This document shows, piece by piece, positions 9,746-20,054 of a DNA stretch of 64,000 nt. The position numbers and the translations under genes are program-made. The DNA is from Candidatus Multivorans sp. (lineage in GTDB: Bacteria; Acidobacteriota; Thermoanaerobaculia; Multivoradales; Multivoraceae): NCBI GenBank assembly GCA_965247095.1, contig OZ251997.1:4320001-4384000 (forward strand). Reading direction: 5' to 3'. How positions within the stretch are numbered: position 1 is the first letter of the stretch; every line of letters begins with the position of its first letter. The notes below the pieces were generated by a model, which made no database searches, was not told the origin of the DNA, and saw only the letters and a program-made list of their open reading frames with translations.

Positions 9746-12064
9746 ATGGCATTCGCTCTTGGTGGATACCAGCCTCCGGCCGACAGCCTGCTCGCGCGCC
9801 GCCCGTGGCTCACCAACGCAAGTAGTTGGTGTGCCTCCACCGGACCGGACGACGAGTACGACGTCGACGATCGAGGGGTGTGGCCGATCGGCAACGGGTA
9901 CGTCTTCGCTCACGCCGGCTTGGCCGCGCCGTTCAATCGGCTGCAAGGATTGGTAGGCCCGAGCTACCAGACGGAAGGGGTGCATCGACCTTCGGGCGCC
10001 TTTGGAGATTGCTGGGCAGAGCTACGCGTCGGCTTGGAACCGGTGCCGCTTCCCCATGACCACATCTGGCGCCCCCGCGAATCCGGCGTGCTGGTGACGG
10101 TTGCGTACCGGCATGGCATGGCGCTGACGACCATTGACTTCGCGCACCCGATCGCGGCGGCCGTGGTTCGCATCGTGGAGACGTGGTGCGGGGGCGATGT
10201 GCCCACCGACGTCGCGATCGTGGCTCCGCACGCGTCCGGCGCGCGCGGGAGTTCGCGTCTGGAGATTCCGTATCGTCCCGGACAGTTCATGGTGGTGGCG
10301 GCGGTTGGCTCACCGGCGCACGGAGAGGGCAGGTGTTTGCGGTTGCCGCACTGCCCCCATAGCGGGGGCGTCCAACGGGCGACCGTGATTCTCTCCGCCG
10401 GGCGCGATGCCGATGAAGCGCACCGCCAGGTCGATCGGCTTGGCGATGTGGTCGATCTGTTGGAGGAAACGCGCGACCATTGGCGGCGCTGGCTCGCGAA
10501 GACGACGACTCCCGCTCTGTGGCCCCAGCGGTTCGGCGGCCCCACCGCCGACGTCCAGCGCACCGCCGACCTCATCGAGGCGACCAAGCTGCAACTCAAG
10601 ATGCAGCAGGCCCTGCCGGGAGGCGGTGTGTCCCCGATGGTGCACTTCAAGGGCGTGTGGGCGCGCGATTCCAGCGGACCGATCCGTGCGTTCATGCAGA
10701 TGGGGGCGGTTGACGAGGTCCGGGCGCAGTTGGAGTACTACTATCGCGCCTCGTGTATCCTCGGCCGCATCCCCAACTCCGCGCCGCTCGATCTCGACGT
10801 GGACGCCGCCAGGGAGCCCGCCGATTGGGAGCGCGTACCCGTGCCGCACGCCGAGGTGCCGTCGTTTGTCATCCTGCAACACCGGTGGTGGTTGGACGCG
10901 GGCGGTGACGTGGAGTTGGTGCGGCGACACTGGAATTACCTTCGGCGCTGCGCGACCGGGCAGAAGGTGGGAAGGAACGGGCTCCAGTCGTTCAACGGCG
11001 ATGAGACCTTTTTGCATGGCGCCCTCTACTCCGTGTTCCCCGACCGCTGTGGGTGGCCCAACGATCTCATCGGCGACGACATCGACAGTGGTTACGCACC
11101 GTGGTCGCTCTCCTCCTGCGTTGCCTACGTCGTGGCGCAAGAAGCCATGGCCTGGATGGCCGCGCGGGTCGGCCGGGAGGGTGAGGTGGCCGAGTATGCG
11201 AGATCAGGACGGCAGATGCGCGGGCAAATCGAGCGGTGTTTCTGGCTGCCCGATCGCGGGTTCTACGCGCCCGCGCTCTATCCGCTCAGCGGGGTGCCGC
11301 ACGCAACCCCCTTTGCGCCCGTCAATCTCCAGCCACTCTGGTTGGGATACCACGGCGTAGCCGATGCACGCGCCCGTCCGAATCTCGACGCCGTGCTCAG
11401 CCATGTTGGATGGACTGGAGTCACGCCCCGTTGTGGCTACAACGTCGGGACCACGCCGTCGTATCTGTTGCAGGGCCTGTTGTCCGTAGAATCGGACCTG
11501 GCCCCGACCGGCCTCGCCAACCTCGTGTCGATGGCCTCGCCGGCGGGTGATTGGGCGGAAGTGTACTCGCCGGACGGGCGTGTACACGGCGGGTACGATC
11601 CGGCCACCCCCAATCGACTCCGGCCGTGGGAGAGCGGGCTCGCGCTCGATGCGATCTACCGGTATTTCCGCGAGCGGCGGCCGGAGGACGAGCCATTCGA
11701 AACGCCCACCGGGCCGGAGCCGGTCGTCGTCGGTCCGATTCCGCTGCCGGCCACGAAGACAACGGTGGTGGTCACGGCGGACCGCTCCGAGTTGGACGAG
11801 TTGCTGCGTGCCGCCGCGGTGGAGCGTGATGAGGTCACGGTGCTCGAACCGGCGCTGCCGTGTGATGCGGACCTGTTCGATCGGGTGTTGTACGATGCGG
11901 GGTCGGGGGCCCGAATCGTAGACGTGCTCGTGTTGGGGGCGAGCGCGACGAAGACCAGCCGACGTTCGATGAAGGCGGCGGCGTTTTGGGAGTCGGCGGC
12001 TGTGGTTGACGCGTTGGAGCGGTTTCGAGGTGAGGGCGGCACCGTTCGAGCTGTTGATCCCTGA
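9746..12064 (+). CDS. Putative six-hairpin glycosidase-like protein
   Basis: 772 aa, abutting the previous stop. GVWARDS, FWLPDRGFY, DWAEVY and RPWESG resemble GH15/GH63-like (alpha/alpha)6 enzymes. The family is not assignable by eye. Confidence 0.6.
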   Translation: MAFALGGYQPPADSLLARRPWLTNASSWCASTGPDDEYDVDDRGVWPIGNGYVFAHAGLAAPFNRLQGLVGPSYQTEGVHRPSGAFGDCWAELRVGLEPVPLPHDHIWRPRESGVLVTVAYRHGMALTTIDFAHPIAAAVVRIVETWCGGDVPTDVAIVAPHASGARGSSRLEIPYRPGQFMVVAAVGSPAHGEGRCLRLPHCPHSGGVQRATVILSAGRDADEAHRQVDRLGDVVDLLEETRDHWRRWLAKTTTPALWPQRFGGPTADVQRTADLIEATKLQLKMQQALPGGGVSPMVHFKGVWARDSSGPIRAFMQMGAVDEVRAQLEYYYRASCILGRIPNSAPLDLDVDAAREPADWERVPVPHAEVPSFVILQHRWWLDAGGDVELVRRHWNYLRRCATGQKVGRNGLQSFNGDETFLHGALYSVFPDRCGWPNDLIGDDIDSGYAPWSLSSCVAYVVAQEAMAWMAARVGREGEVAEYARSGRQMRGQIERCFWLPDRGFYAPALYPLSGVPHATPFAPVNLQPLWLGYHGVADARARPNLDAVLSHVGWTGVTPRCGYNVGTTPSYLLQGLLSVESDLAPTGLANLVSMASPAGDWAEVYSPDGRVHGGYDPATPNRLRPWESGLALDAIYRYFRERRPEDEPFETPTGPEPVVVGPIPLPATKTTVVVTADRSELDELLRAAAVERDEVTVLEPALPCDADLFDRVLYDAGSGARIVDVLVLGASATKTSRRSMKAAAFWESAAVVDALERFRGEGGTVRAVDP

Positions 12065-12140
12065 GACGGGTTCTTTCCACAAAGTCGTGAGTCATTCCGA
12101 TGCCGCGGTCCGAAGCGATGAGCCAGAATGAGGTCATCGT

Positions 12141-12275
12141 CTGGAGCGTCATTAACAGGAAACGCTGCTCCTTGAGGTCGGTCTCCAGGAGGTCGGGTCT
12201 GCCGAGCCTGCGCAGTTCCGCCAGATAGGTCTCGATCTCGGCGAGCTTCTTGGCTACGAGCTCAGCGTCGGTCAT
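12141..12275 (-). pseudogene. hepT: Truncated HepT/DUF86 (HEPN) toxin N-terminus
   Basis: MTDAELVAKKLAEIETYLAELRRL...RFLLMTLQ resembles a DUF86 N-terminus and overlaps the mntA stop (ATGA). Resemblance is lost after ~45 codons, no RX4-6H motif follows, and the frame runs antisense into the glycosidase gene. Confidence 0.7.
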
Positions 12276-12682
12276 GAGCTGGGACCGTGTCGGTAAAGCC
12301 GGCGGATGGGCTCCATGTCGAAGTACTCGTTTCGGGACTTGACCTCCCACGCCATGCGCCTTCGGCGGTCGCGGTCGATCACGATGACGCCGTCTCGCCG
12401 CACACGGTGTGCGAGGTCGCACGGGGCTCGATTGAGGATGACGATCTGGACCGCCCGCCCGGTCCTTTCCTCGATGCGAGCGGCAAGGTCCAGTCGGAGG
12501 CTTTCGAGTGTGTCCGGCGGATCCGATTCAAGCAGAATCGCGACATCGACATCGCTGTCGAGGCGCTGGGTACCGCGGGCGACTGAACCGTACAGGTAGG
12601 CGGCGACGATGTCAGGCTCGGCGTGGAGTTCGGAGCGCAGCGTCGCGGCGATCGCTTCGGTTTCGGGTGTTGCGGTTGGCAT
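12272..12682 (-). CDS. mntA: Minimal nucleotidyltransferase antitoxin (MntA-like, type VII TA)
   Basis: YLYGSVARGTQRLDSDVDVAIL (GS-x10-DxD) and VQIVILNRAP. About 136 aa, directly upstream of a HEPN fragment. Confidence 0.88.
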   Translation of the reverse strand: MPTATPETEAIAATLRSELHAEPDIVAAYLYGSVARGTQRLDSDVDVAILLESDPPDTLESLRLDLAARIEERTGRAVQIVILNRAPCDLAHRVRRDGVIVIDRDRRRRMAWEVKSRNEYFDMEPIRRLYRHGPSS

Positions 12683-12760
12683 CGCGGTTCGTTCTGCGGC
12701 GCCGGCTGCGGCAGGTCGCGGCCTGGACATCCGCCGCCGGGTGCCGTTCCGTTAGTTACG

Positions 12761-13642
12761 TCACGGCACCACCTCGCTCCAGTTCGGTGCTGCCGCGGCT
12801 TCGCCCTTGCCGGCTGCCCAGTCGATCGTGTCGCCGACCCAGGTCTGGAACATCTCGTGGGACCAGACGTCCTCGCGGTGGCCCATCGCGTTGTGGAAAA
12901 CGCGGCCGGCGCCGAGCTCGCGGCACCAGACGATGGGGTAGGGGGCGATGTCGTACACCTCCTGCTTTGCACGCTCTTCGCCGGGGTCCATCAGGGCGAG
13001 GACGTGCAGTTTGTCCTTGGCGACGTTCTTGTACAGGTACCACTCGTCCATGATCTTCCAGCCGTCTTCGACGTTGCCCATCGTCGGGTGGTCCGCATCG
13101 GCGACCCGCACGATGCCTTCGAATTGGGCGCCGTGGTGGAGAAACTCGCCACCGATCATGCCGACGTAGGGAGTCACCTCGTCGTTCTCGCCGTGGAAGG
13201 TGTCGGTGGCGGGATGGAAGCCGACGAAGCCGCCCCCGCCTTCGATCCACTCGATCATGTCGGAGACGCCGTCGGCGCTCATGGGCGGGTTGCCGTCGCC
13301 GCGGAAGATGCCCGAGCCTTGGCCGCCGCGCTGGGTGAGGTCGCCGGTGGTGTAGAAGATGACGACGTCGAACGAGGCGAGTTGCGTCGCGTTGATCATG
13401 CCGGCGTCCTTGGTCGACGTGACCTCGAAGCCGCGGTCGGCCGCGATCTGGGCGAGCACGGTGTCGACGTGGCTCGGCCGGGCTTCCTGTCGCGTGATCG
13501 CCGAATGCTGGAAGCCGGACGACTTGCTGACGAAGAGGACGCGGACGGGTCCGTCAGCTTCGTGCTCGGAGGCGAGCGTTGGCGCGACCGAGGCGAGGGG
13601 CAGGGTGAGGGCGAGTGGGGCGAAGCGGCGAAGGTAGGTCAT
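12761..13642 (-). CDS. Secreted ThuA-like (class I GAT-like fold) protein
   Basis: Signal peptide plus VLFVSKSSGFQHSAI, GGGFVGFHPATDT, DEWY and GRVFHNAMGH. Confidence 0.85.
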   Translation of the reverse strand: MTYLRRFAPLALTLPLASVAPTLASEHEADGPVRVLFVSKSSGFQHSAITRQEARPSHVDTVLAQIAADRGFEVTSTKDAGMINATQLASFDVVIFYTTGDLTQRGGQGSGIFRGDGNPPMSADGVSDMIEWIEGGGGFVGFHPATDTFHGENDEVTPYVGMIGGEFLHHGAQFEGIVRVADADHPTMGNVEDGWKIMDEWYLYKNVAKDKLHVLALMDPGEERAKQEVYDIAPYPIVWCRELGAGRVFHNAMGHREDVWSHEMFQTWVGDTIDWAAGKGEAAAAPNWSEVVP

Positions 13643-13676
13643 GGGTAAAATTTACCACCGCACGAGCGCTGCCTCC

Positions 13677-14519
13677 TCAGCCGAACTGCGCGATGACCTC
13701 TTCGCCGAACTGGGCGATCCGGTCGGGCGCCATCGGCGGTACGAAGACGCGCGAGACGTCGAGTTCGGCCATCTGTGCCAGGTGATCCGGCGGTCCGCCG
13801 GTGGCCGTGATCTCAATCGCGTCCGGATCGCGGCCGGCGGCTTCGGCGCTCTCCCGCATGATGCGGAACAGGTGCTTCAGCTTGTCGACGTCGGTGATGG
13901 CGGGGAAGAAGCCGTCGCCCAGTTCGCCGGCGCGGCGGGCGGCGCGCTCGGAATGGCCGCCGACGACGATCGGCACGGAGCCATTGACCGGCTGCGGCCG
14001 GCTGTAGCAGTCGGAGAAGGAGACGTACTCACCGTCGTGGCTGGAGCAGTCCTCGGTCCACAGCGCCCGGATGGCGCGCAGGTAGTCGTCGAGGCGGCGT
14101 CCGCGGCGGGCGAAGGGTACGCCCAGGGCGTTGAACTCCTCCTCGAGCCAGCCGACGCCGACGCCGAGGATGGCGCGTCCACCCGAGAGCTTGTCAAGCG
14201 TGGCGACCGCCTTGGCCGTGATCAGCGGATTGCGCTGCGGGACGATCAGGATGCCGGTGGCGAGCTTGATGCTCTTCGTTGCCGCGGCCACGTAGGATAG
14301 CCAGATCAGCGGGTCGGGGATGTCGAAGTCCTCGCGTCCACCGGGCATCTTGCCGCTGTCGTCGTAGGGATATGGGGAGGCGTAACCGCGCGGGACGACG
14401 ACGTGCTCCACGGTCCATAGCGAATCGAAGCCGGCGGCTTCGGCGGCTTGAGCCAGAGCCACGGCTCGTGCACCGTCAACGAACAGACCGGTGTTGGCGA
14501 ACATGATGCCGAACTTCAT
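13677..14519 (-). CDS. LLM-class (probable F420-dependent) oxidoreductase
   Basis: MKFGIMFAN, GFDSLWTVEHVV, DPLIWLSYVAAAT, GVGVGWLEEEF and AARRAGELGDG. The real start is at 14519 inside a longer ORF whose 5' part is antisense to MMPL. Confidence 0.88.
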   Translation of the reverse strand: MKFGIMFANTGLFVDGARAVALAQAAEAAGFDSLWTVEHVVVPRGYASPYPYDDSGKMPGGREDFDIPDPLIWLSYVAAATKSIKLATGILIVPQRNPLITAKAVATLDKLSGGRAILGVGVGWLEEEFNALGVPFARRGRRLDDYLRAIRALWTEDCSSHDGEYVSFSDCYSRPQPVNGSVPIVVGGHSERAARRAGELGDGFFPAITDVDKLKHLFRIMRESAEAAGRDPDAIEITATGGPPDHLAQMAELDVSRVFVPPMAPDRIAQFGEEVIAQFG

Positions 14520-14612
14520 CTCGTCTCCTTGTTCCCTGAGGTTTGAAGCGCGCGACTGTAGCAGCGCATCTCGCTCCGCACCGGGGCCCCTCGGAGGGCC
14601 CGTGACGTGACC

Positions 14613-16892
14613 ATGCGGAGCCTGCTCGACGCGGTCGCGCGCTGGACGATCCGCTCGCCGCGAAGCGCGATCGCGTGGGCGGTCGTGCCGGCGCTCGCGC
14701 TGGCGGCACTGCTGCCGGCGACGCCGGTGGACCTCACCTTCGTGGGCGTGATCAACCGCGCCAACGAGCACATCGGCCGCTACTTCGAGATATCCGAGCG
14801 CTACGAGCTCGGCGGGTTGCTGCTGGTGCTGCTCGAAGGCGAGGAGGAGTTGCTCGACGACGCGGTCGAGCGCACGATTCAGGCCGCGTCGGCGCTTCCG
14901 TCGGTGGTTGCTGCGCGCCGTCCGCTGCCGACCGAATGGCTCGAGGAGCAGTCGCCGTGGCTGGTCGAGCGTTCCCTGTTCGACCGTTGGGTGGGGCTCG
15001 TGGAGCACCCGGGCGATGTCGCCAACGCGGCAGAGTTCGCGGCTTCCGCGATCGCGCTTCGCGGCGCCGTCGGCGGTGTGCCCGGCGCCCGGCTGGTCGA
15101 AATCAAGATGGCGCTCGATCCGCTGGAGGAAGAGGTCGGCCGAAGCGCCTTCTTCGAACTCGAAGCCGCGGTTGAGCGCGCGCTTTCCGGTTCGGGGGGC
15201 ACGGTGGGCTTCTCGGGACTGCCGGCGGTGTCGGCTGGCGACCAGGAGCAGACCCTCGGTGCGATCAAGCGCCTCACGCCGATCAGTCTGGCGCTCGTGC
15301 TGCTGCTGTTCCGGATCGTCGAGAAGAGGCCGGGCGGCCTGCTGTCCGTGGCGGCGGTGCTCGTGCTCTCGATCGGCGCGGCGCTCGGCGCGGCCGGTCT
15401 CCTGACCGGCAAGCTGACGATCATGGAGACGTTCTTCGGGGCCACGGTGTTCGGTCTGGGCATCGACTTCGCCGTCCACCTCTTCGTGCGCCAGCGCGAG
15501 GAACTGGCTCACGGGCTTCCCTTCGAGCAGGCGTTGCGCAGGACGGTGACGGGCGCCGGTCGCGGCGTGGTCGCCGGTTGCATCACGACGGCGGGCGCCT
15601 TTCTTGTCGCCGCCGCGGCGCCGGACCCGGTTGCCCTGCACCTCGGCCTGTCCGGCGGCCTGGGGCTGCTCTTCTGCTTGCCGCTGACGCTGTTGATCCT
15701 GCCGTCGGTGTGGGTTCTGAGGGAGCGGAGGCGTCATCGCCGGGGCCAACCCGTGGTTGAGGCCGCAAGGGTGTGCGCGGCGCCGGTCCGGGTTCCGGGT
15801 CTTGCGCTTCTGGTGCGATGGGCGACGGACCGGCCGGTTCGCTGCCTGGTCGTCAGCGCCGCGATGCTGACGGTGGCGCTCGCGGGGTTGCCCCGGCTCC
15901 AGGTCGAGACGCGGCTGGAGCGGATCATGAACCGCGGTATTCCCGCACTCGCGGTGGTCGACCGGATTCAGGAGATTCTGGGGACGAACGGCGCGCCGTG
16001 GATCCTCTCGGCGGAGAGCCTCGAGCAGTCGCGGAGCTTTGCGCGCCGGCTGGACGGGCATCCGCTGTTCAGTGAGGCAGTCAGCCTCGGCGCCATCCTG
16101 CCGGACGATCTCGCGGAACGCACCCTTGCCCTGGAGCGGGTCGTCGGAGGCGAAGACGCGGCCAGGCCGGCGGTGGGCGGTCCGCTCGGGTTCGCGGTCG
16201 AAGCGCTCCGGCGCGCCGCGGCCGCCGGGCCGCCGGACATCGACTCCCTGCCGGCCGGTCTGCGGGAGAAGTTCGTCGCGCCGACCGGCGAATTCCTGGT
16301 CTACGCGTACCCCGTGGACTCGAAGGCCGACGGCGACCTGGCCCGGCGGCAGCGTCTGGCGGTCCAGGCGATCGACCCCGGCGCCACGGGGCTCCTGGCG
16401 GTGGTCGAGGGGATGATGATCGGCAACCGGCCGTGGATCCCGTGGATCGCGGTCTCGATCCTGGCGTTCGTTCTGATCGTCCTGTGCCTCGACTTCCGCC
16501 GCCGGGCGTCGGTTCTGCTGGCGCTGCTGCCGGTTCTGGTCGCCGTGCCGTTCACGCTGGGCGCCTTGTGCTGGGTCGGCATTCCCTTCAACGTGATGAG
16601 CTGGCTGGTGCTCCCCCTGATCTTCGGCCTCGGCATCGACGACGGCATCCACGTCGTTCACCGCATCCTCGACGATCCAACGCAACCAATCCATCAGGCC
16701 GCTTTGTCCGTGGGCCGCGCGATCACGATGACGACCCTCACGACGACCGCCAGTTTCTCCGTTCTTCTGTTCACCGACCACCTGGGCCTGGAGACGATGG
16801 CCGCGGTCATGCTGATCGGTTTGCCGGCGTGCCTGCTGGCGTCGGTGACGGTGCTGCCCGCGGCGGCGGTGCTGCTGCTGGCAAGGCGGTAG
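14613..16892 (+). CDS. MMPL/RND-family transporter
   Basis: Two TM clusters with GLGIDFAVH and GLGIDDGIH motifs and two extracytoplasmic loops. Confidence 0.88.
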   Translation: MRSLLDAVARWTIRSPRSAIAWAVVPALALAALLPATPVDLTFVGVINRANEHIGRYFEISERYELGGLLLVLLEGEEELLDDAVERTIQAASALPSVVAARRPLPTEWLEEQSPWLVERSLFDRWVGLVEHPGDVANAAEFAASAIALRGAVGGVPGARLVEIKMALDPLEEEVGRSAFFELEAAVERALSGSGGTVGFSGLPAVSAGDQEQTLGAIKRLTPISLALVLLLFRIVEKRPGGLLSVAAVLVLSIGAALGAAGLLTGKLTIMETFFGATVFGLGIDFAVHLFVRQREELAHGLPFEQALRRTVTGAGRGVVAGCITTAGAFLVAAAAPDPVALHLGLSGGLGLLFCLPLTLLILPSVWVLRERRRHRRGQPVVEAARVCAAPVRVPGLALLVRWATDRPVRCLVVSAAMLTVALAGLPRLQVETRLERIMNRGIPALAVVDRIQEILGTNGAPWILSAESLEQSRSFARRLDGHPLFSEAVSLGAILPDDLAERTLALERVVGGEDAARPAVGGPLGFAVEALRRAAAAGPPDIDSLPAGLREKFVAPTGEFLVYAYPVDSKADGDLARRQRLAVQAIDPGATGLLAVVEGMMIGNRPWIPWIAVSILAFVLIVLCLDFRRRASVLLALLPVLVAVPFTLGALCWVGIPFNVMSWLVLPLIFGLGIDDGIHVVHRILDDPTQPIHQAALSVGRAITMTTLTTTASFSVLLFTDHLGLETMAAVMLIGLPACLLASVTVLPAAAVLLLARR

Positions 16893-16949
16893 CTGGGAGG
16901 TCGGCGTAAACTGAGTTTGCCCTGTGGCCGGACCGTGGGAAGGAGGATC

Positions 16950-17807
16950 ATGAAGCGGATTGGAAAGCGTCTCGAAGTCGGGCCGGGCTGCCGGTGGATC
17001 CTCGCGAGCCGGCTCCTTGCGGCGCTGATCGTTGTTGGTTGCGGTGCACCGAAATCTGCCGGGATTCCGGAGTGGGACGCGAGCGATGAGACCAGCCTCG
17101 AGCGCATCGATCACAGCGCCTGGCAGGACATCCTGGATGGCTACGTCGAGACCGACCCGTCAGGCGTCAATCTGGTGGACTACGCCGCGCTACAGAAGAA
17201 CGGTGACGGCGTCGCGACGCTGGCCAATTACCTCGAGCGTCTGCAGCAACTCGAGCCGAGGGACCATTCACGCGCGGAACAACGGGCGTACTGGATCAAC
17301 CTCTACAACGCGCTCACCTTGTGGGTGGTGCTGGACGCCTATCCAGTGGACTCGATTCGGGACATCCACCGGGGCGTGATCCCGAACGTCGGCCCCTGGG
17401 ACGATGTGCATGCCAACGTCGCTGGCCGAGACCTCACCCTGAACGACATCGAACACGGCATTCTGCGCCCGATCTGGCGCGACAGCCGGATTCACTACGC
17501 CGTGAATTGCGCCGCCTATGGCTGCCCTCACGTGATGGCGACCACCTTCACCGCCGCCAACACGGAGACGTTGCTCGACGGGGCCGCACGGACCTACGTG
17601 AACCATCCCCGGGGTGTCGATTGGGTCGACGACGATTTGATTGTCATCTCGAGCCTCTACGAATGGTACGTCGAGGATTTCGGGGGCACGCGGGAATCGG
17701 TGATCGAGCACCTCGTCGAGTATGCCGACGCCCCGCTCGCAGCGAGGCTTGAGCGGTTCGAAGGCAGGATCGACTACCAGTACGACTGGAGACTCAACCA
17801 GCCGTGA
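16950..17807 (+). CDS. DUF547 domain lipoprotein
   Basis: AYWINLYNA, LTLNDIEHGILR, RIHYAVNCAAYGCP and YDWRLN. RBS AGGAGG lies just before ATG 16950. Confidence 0.88.
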   Translation: MKRIGKRLEVGPGCRWILASRLLAALIVVGCGAPKSAGIPEWDASDETSLERIDHSAWQDILDGYVETDPSGVNLVDYAALQKNGDGVATLANYLERLQQLEPRDHSRAEQRAYWINLYNALTLWVVLDAYPVDSIRDIHRGVIPNVGPWDDVHANVAGRDLTLNDIEHGILRPIWRDSRIHYAVNCAAYGCPHVMATTFTAANTETLLDGAARTYVNHPRGVDWVDDDLIVISSLYEWYVEDFGGTRESVIEHLVEYADAPLAARLERFEGRIDYQYDWRLNQP

Positions 17808-17862
17808 CGCGGGACATGACCGCTCCATGGCGGCGAACCAAGACAGGAAGGGAGCATCGAGA

Positions 17863-18714
17863 ATGATTCAGATGGGGGAGTTCCGGGGCTTCGAAGCGGC
17901 GATGGAGGATCCGGGGATCCTGGTGATCACGTTCAACCGGCCGGATCGGCTTAACGGCATGAACGCGCGGATGAAGCGCGATCTGCTCGAGACGCTCACC
18001 CAGGCATCGATGGAGGATTCGGTGCGGGTGGTGCTGTTTACCGGCAGCGGCAGGGCGTTCTCGGCTGGCGACGACATCAGCGGCAAGGACCGCGGCGAAC
18101 GCGGCGAGCAACTCGTGCCGGACATCCATCGGGGCCATGACAACGTGCTCGGCACGATCAACGGGTTGCGCAAGATTTCGCAGCCAGTCAACACGGCGAT
18201 CCGGGGCATGGACAAGCTGACGATCGCGGCGATGAACGGTGTCGCGGTGCAGACCGGCTTCTCGCTGGCGCTCAGTTGCGACTTCCGCATCGCCTCGACC
18301 GCGGCGCGAATGGGCAGCGGCACGCTCCGCTTCGGCCTGCTGCCGGACGAGGGCGGCCACTACCTGCTGCTGCAGATGATGGGTCTGCCGAAGACGATCG
18401 ACTTCCTGATGCGCAGCCGGATCGTCGGCGCGGCGGACGCGCTCGAACTCGGGCTCGTCCACGAGGTGGTGGCGCCCGACGACCTGATGCCACGGGCGAT
18501 GGACCTGGCTCGCGAACTCGCGAACGGACCGCAGGTGGCGATGCGACTCCTGAAGCGCAGCCTCTACAACGCCGCCGACCAGACCTGGGAGCAGTCGCTG
18601 GAGGACATCGCGGCCCGGACGCCGATCGGCGACCATCACCCGGACTCCCGGGAGGGTGTGGCCGCGTTCCGTGAGAAGCGGGACCCGGCCTTCAACGCCT
18701 GGTTGGAGGACTGA
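17863..18714 (+). CDS. Enoyl-CoA hydratase/isomerase family protein
   Basis: NRPDRLN, TGSGRAFSAGDD, LSCDFRIAS and EGVAAFREKR. RBS AAGGGAG upstream. Confidence 0.9.
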   Translation: MIQMGEFRGFEAAMEDPGILVITFNRPDRLNGMNARMKRDLLETLTQASMEDSVRVVLFTGSGRAFSAGDDISGKDRGERGEQLVPDIHRGHDNVLGTINGLRKISQPVNTAIRGMDKLTIAAMNGVAVQTGFSLALSCDFRIASTAARMGSGTLRFGLLPDEGGHYLLLQMMGLPKTIDFLMRSRIVGAADALELGLVHEVVAPDDLMPRAMDLARELANGPQVAMRLLKRSLYNAADQTWEQSLEDIAARTPIGDHHPDSREGVAAFREKRDPAFNAWLED

Positions 18715-18802
18715 GCACCGACCGAACGGACGGTAGGTGTTACCCTTTGGAGTTCCGCAGGGACTGAACACACAGCAACCAAACGAGCCAGGGAGTTTCT
18801 CC

Positions 18803-19984
18803 ATGACTGACGCCGTCATCGTTTCCACCGCCCGCACGCCGATCGGCAAGGCCTATCGTGGCGCGTTCAACAATCTCGAATCGCCGACGATGGGAGCGGC
18901 CGCGATTTCCGCCGCGATCGAGCGCGCCGGTATCGAAAAGGGCGAGGTCGACGACGTCGTCATGGGCTGCGCCATGCAGCAGGGCACCCAGGGCTTCAAC
19001 GTAGGCCGCCAGTGCGCGATCCGGGCCGGCCTGCCGGTCGAGGTGTCGGGGATGACGATGGACCGGCAGTGCTCCTCGGGCCTGATGTCGATCGCCACCG
19101 CGGCCAAGCAGGTCATCGTCGACAGGGCGCCGGTCGTCGTCGCCGCCGGTATCGACTCGATCAGCCTGGTGCAGAACGACAAGATTAACGGTTTCCGCGC
19201 TCCCGATCCGTGGATCAGGGACAACAAGCCGGCGCTCCACATGCCGATGATCGACACGGCTGAGGTCGTGGCGAAGCGCTACGGCGTGACCCGCGAGCAG
19301 CAGGACGAGTACGGGCTCCAGAGCCAGCAGCGGACCGCGGCGGGCCAGGAATCGGGCGCCTTCGACGACGAGATCATCACCATGAAGGCGACGAAGATGA
19401 TCCTCGACAGGGCCACCGGCGACATCAGCTTCGGCGAGGTCGAGTTGAACCAGGACGAGGGCAACCGGCCGGGCACCACGATCGAGGGCCTTGCCTCGCT
19501 CAAGCCGGTGCGCGAGAACGGAACGATCACCGCCGGCAACGCCAGCCAGCTTTCCGACGGTGCGTCGGCCTGCGTGGTCATGGACTCGAAGCTGGCCGAG
19601 CAGCGGGGCATCGAGCCGCTCGGCATCTACAGGGGCATGGCGGTCGCCGGCTGCGAGCCGGACGAGATGGGGATCGGTCCCGTCTTCGCCGTTCCCAAGC
19701 TGCTCGAGCGCCAGGGCCTGACGATGGACGACATCGACCTCTGGGAGCTCAACGAAGCGTTCGCGGTCCAGGTCATCTACTGCCGCGACCGGCTGGGCAT
19801 CTCGAACGACAAGCTGAACGTGAACGGCGGCGCGATCTCGATCGGCCATCCCTATGGCATGAGCGGTGCCCGCATGGTTGGCCATGCGCTGATCGAGGGC
19901 AAGCGCCGCGGCGCGAAGAACGTCGTGGTGACAATGTGCATCGGCGGCGGCATGGGGGCGGCGGGACTGTTCGAGGTGGCGTGA
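18803..19984 (+). CDS. Acetyl-CoA C-acyltransferase (thiolase)
   Basis: RQCSSG (catalytic Cys), ELNEAFA, GHPYG and MCIGGGMG. Confidence 0.95.
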   Translation: MTDAVIVSTARTPIGKAYRGAFNNLESPTMGAAAISAAIERAGIEKGEVDDVVMGCAMQQGTQGFNVGRQCAIRAGLPVEVSGMTMDRQCSSGLMSIATAAKQVIVDRAPVVVAAGIDSISLVQNDKINGFRAPDPWIRDNKPALHMPMIDTAEVVAKRYGVTREQQDEYGLQSQQRTAAGQESGAFDDEIITMKATKMILDRATGDISFGEVELNQDEGNRPGTTIEGLASLKPVRENGTITAGNASQLSDGASACVVMDSKLAEQRGIEPLGIYRGMAVAGCEPDEMGIGPVFAVPKLLERQGLTMDDIDLWELNEAFAVQVIYCRDRLGISNDKLNVNGGAISIGHPYGMSGARMVGHALIEGKRRGAKNVVVTMCIGGGMGAAGLFEVA

Positions 19985-20054
19985 GCCCGAGGGGCGCCAC
20001 TGTGAGAGCGCCGTGCAGTTGCTGCTGGCCTGGCAGTTGTAGCGGGGCAGCCCC

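Noticed and set aside
14520-17114. 1145 aa minus-strand ORF
   Set aside because: Only its last 280 aa are a real LLM enzyme. The rest is the antisense shadow of MMPL in high-GC DNA.
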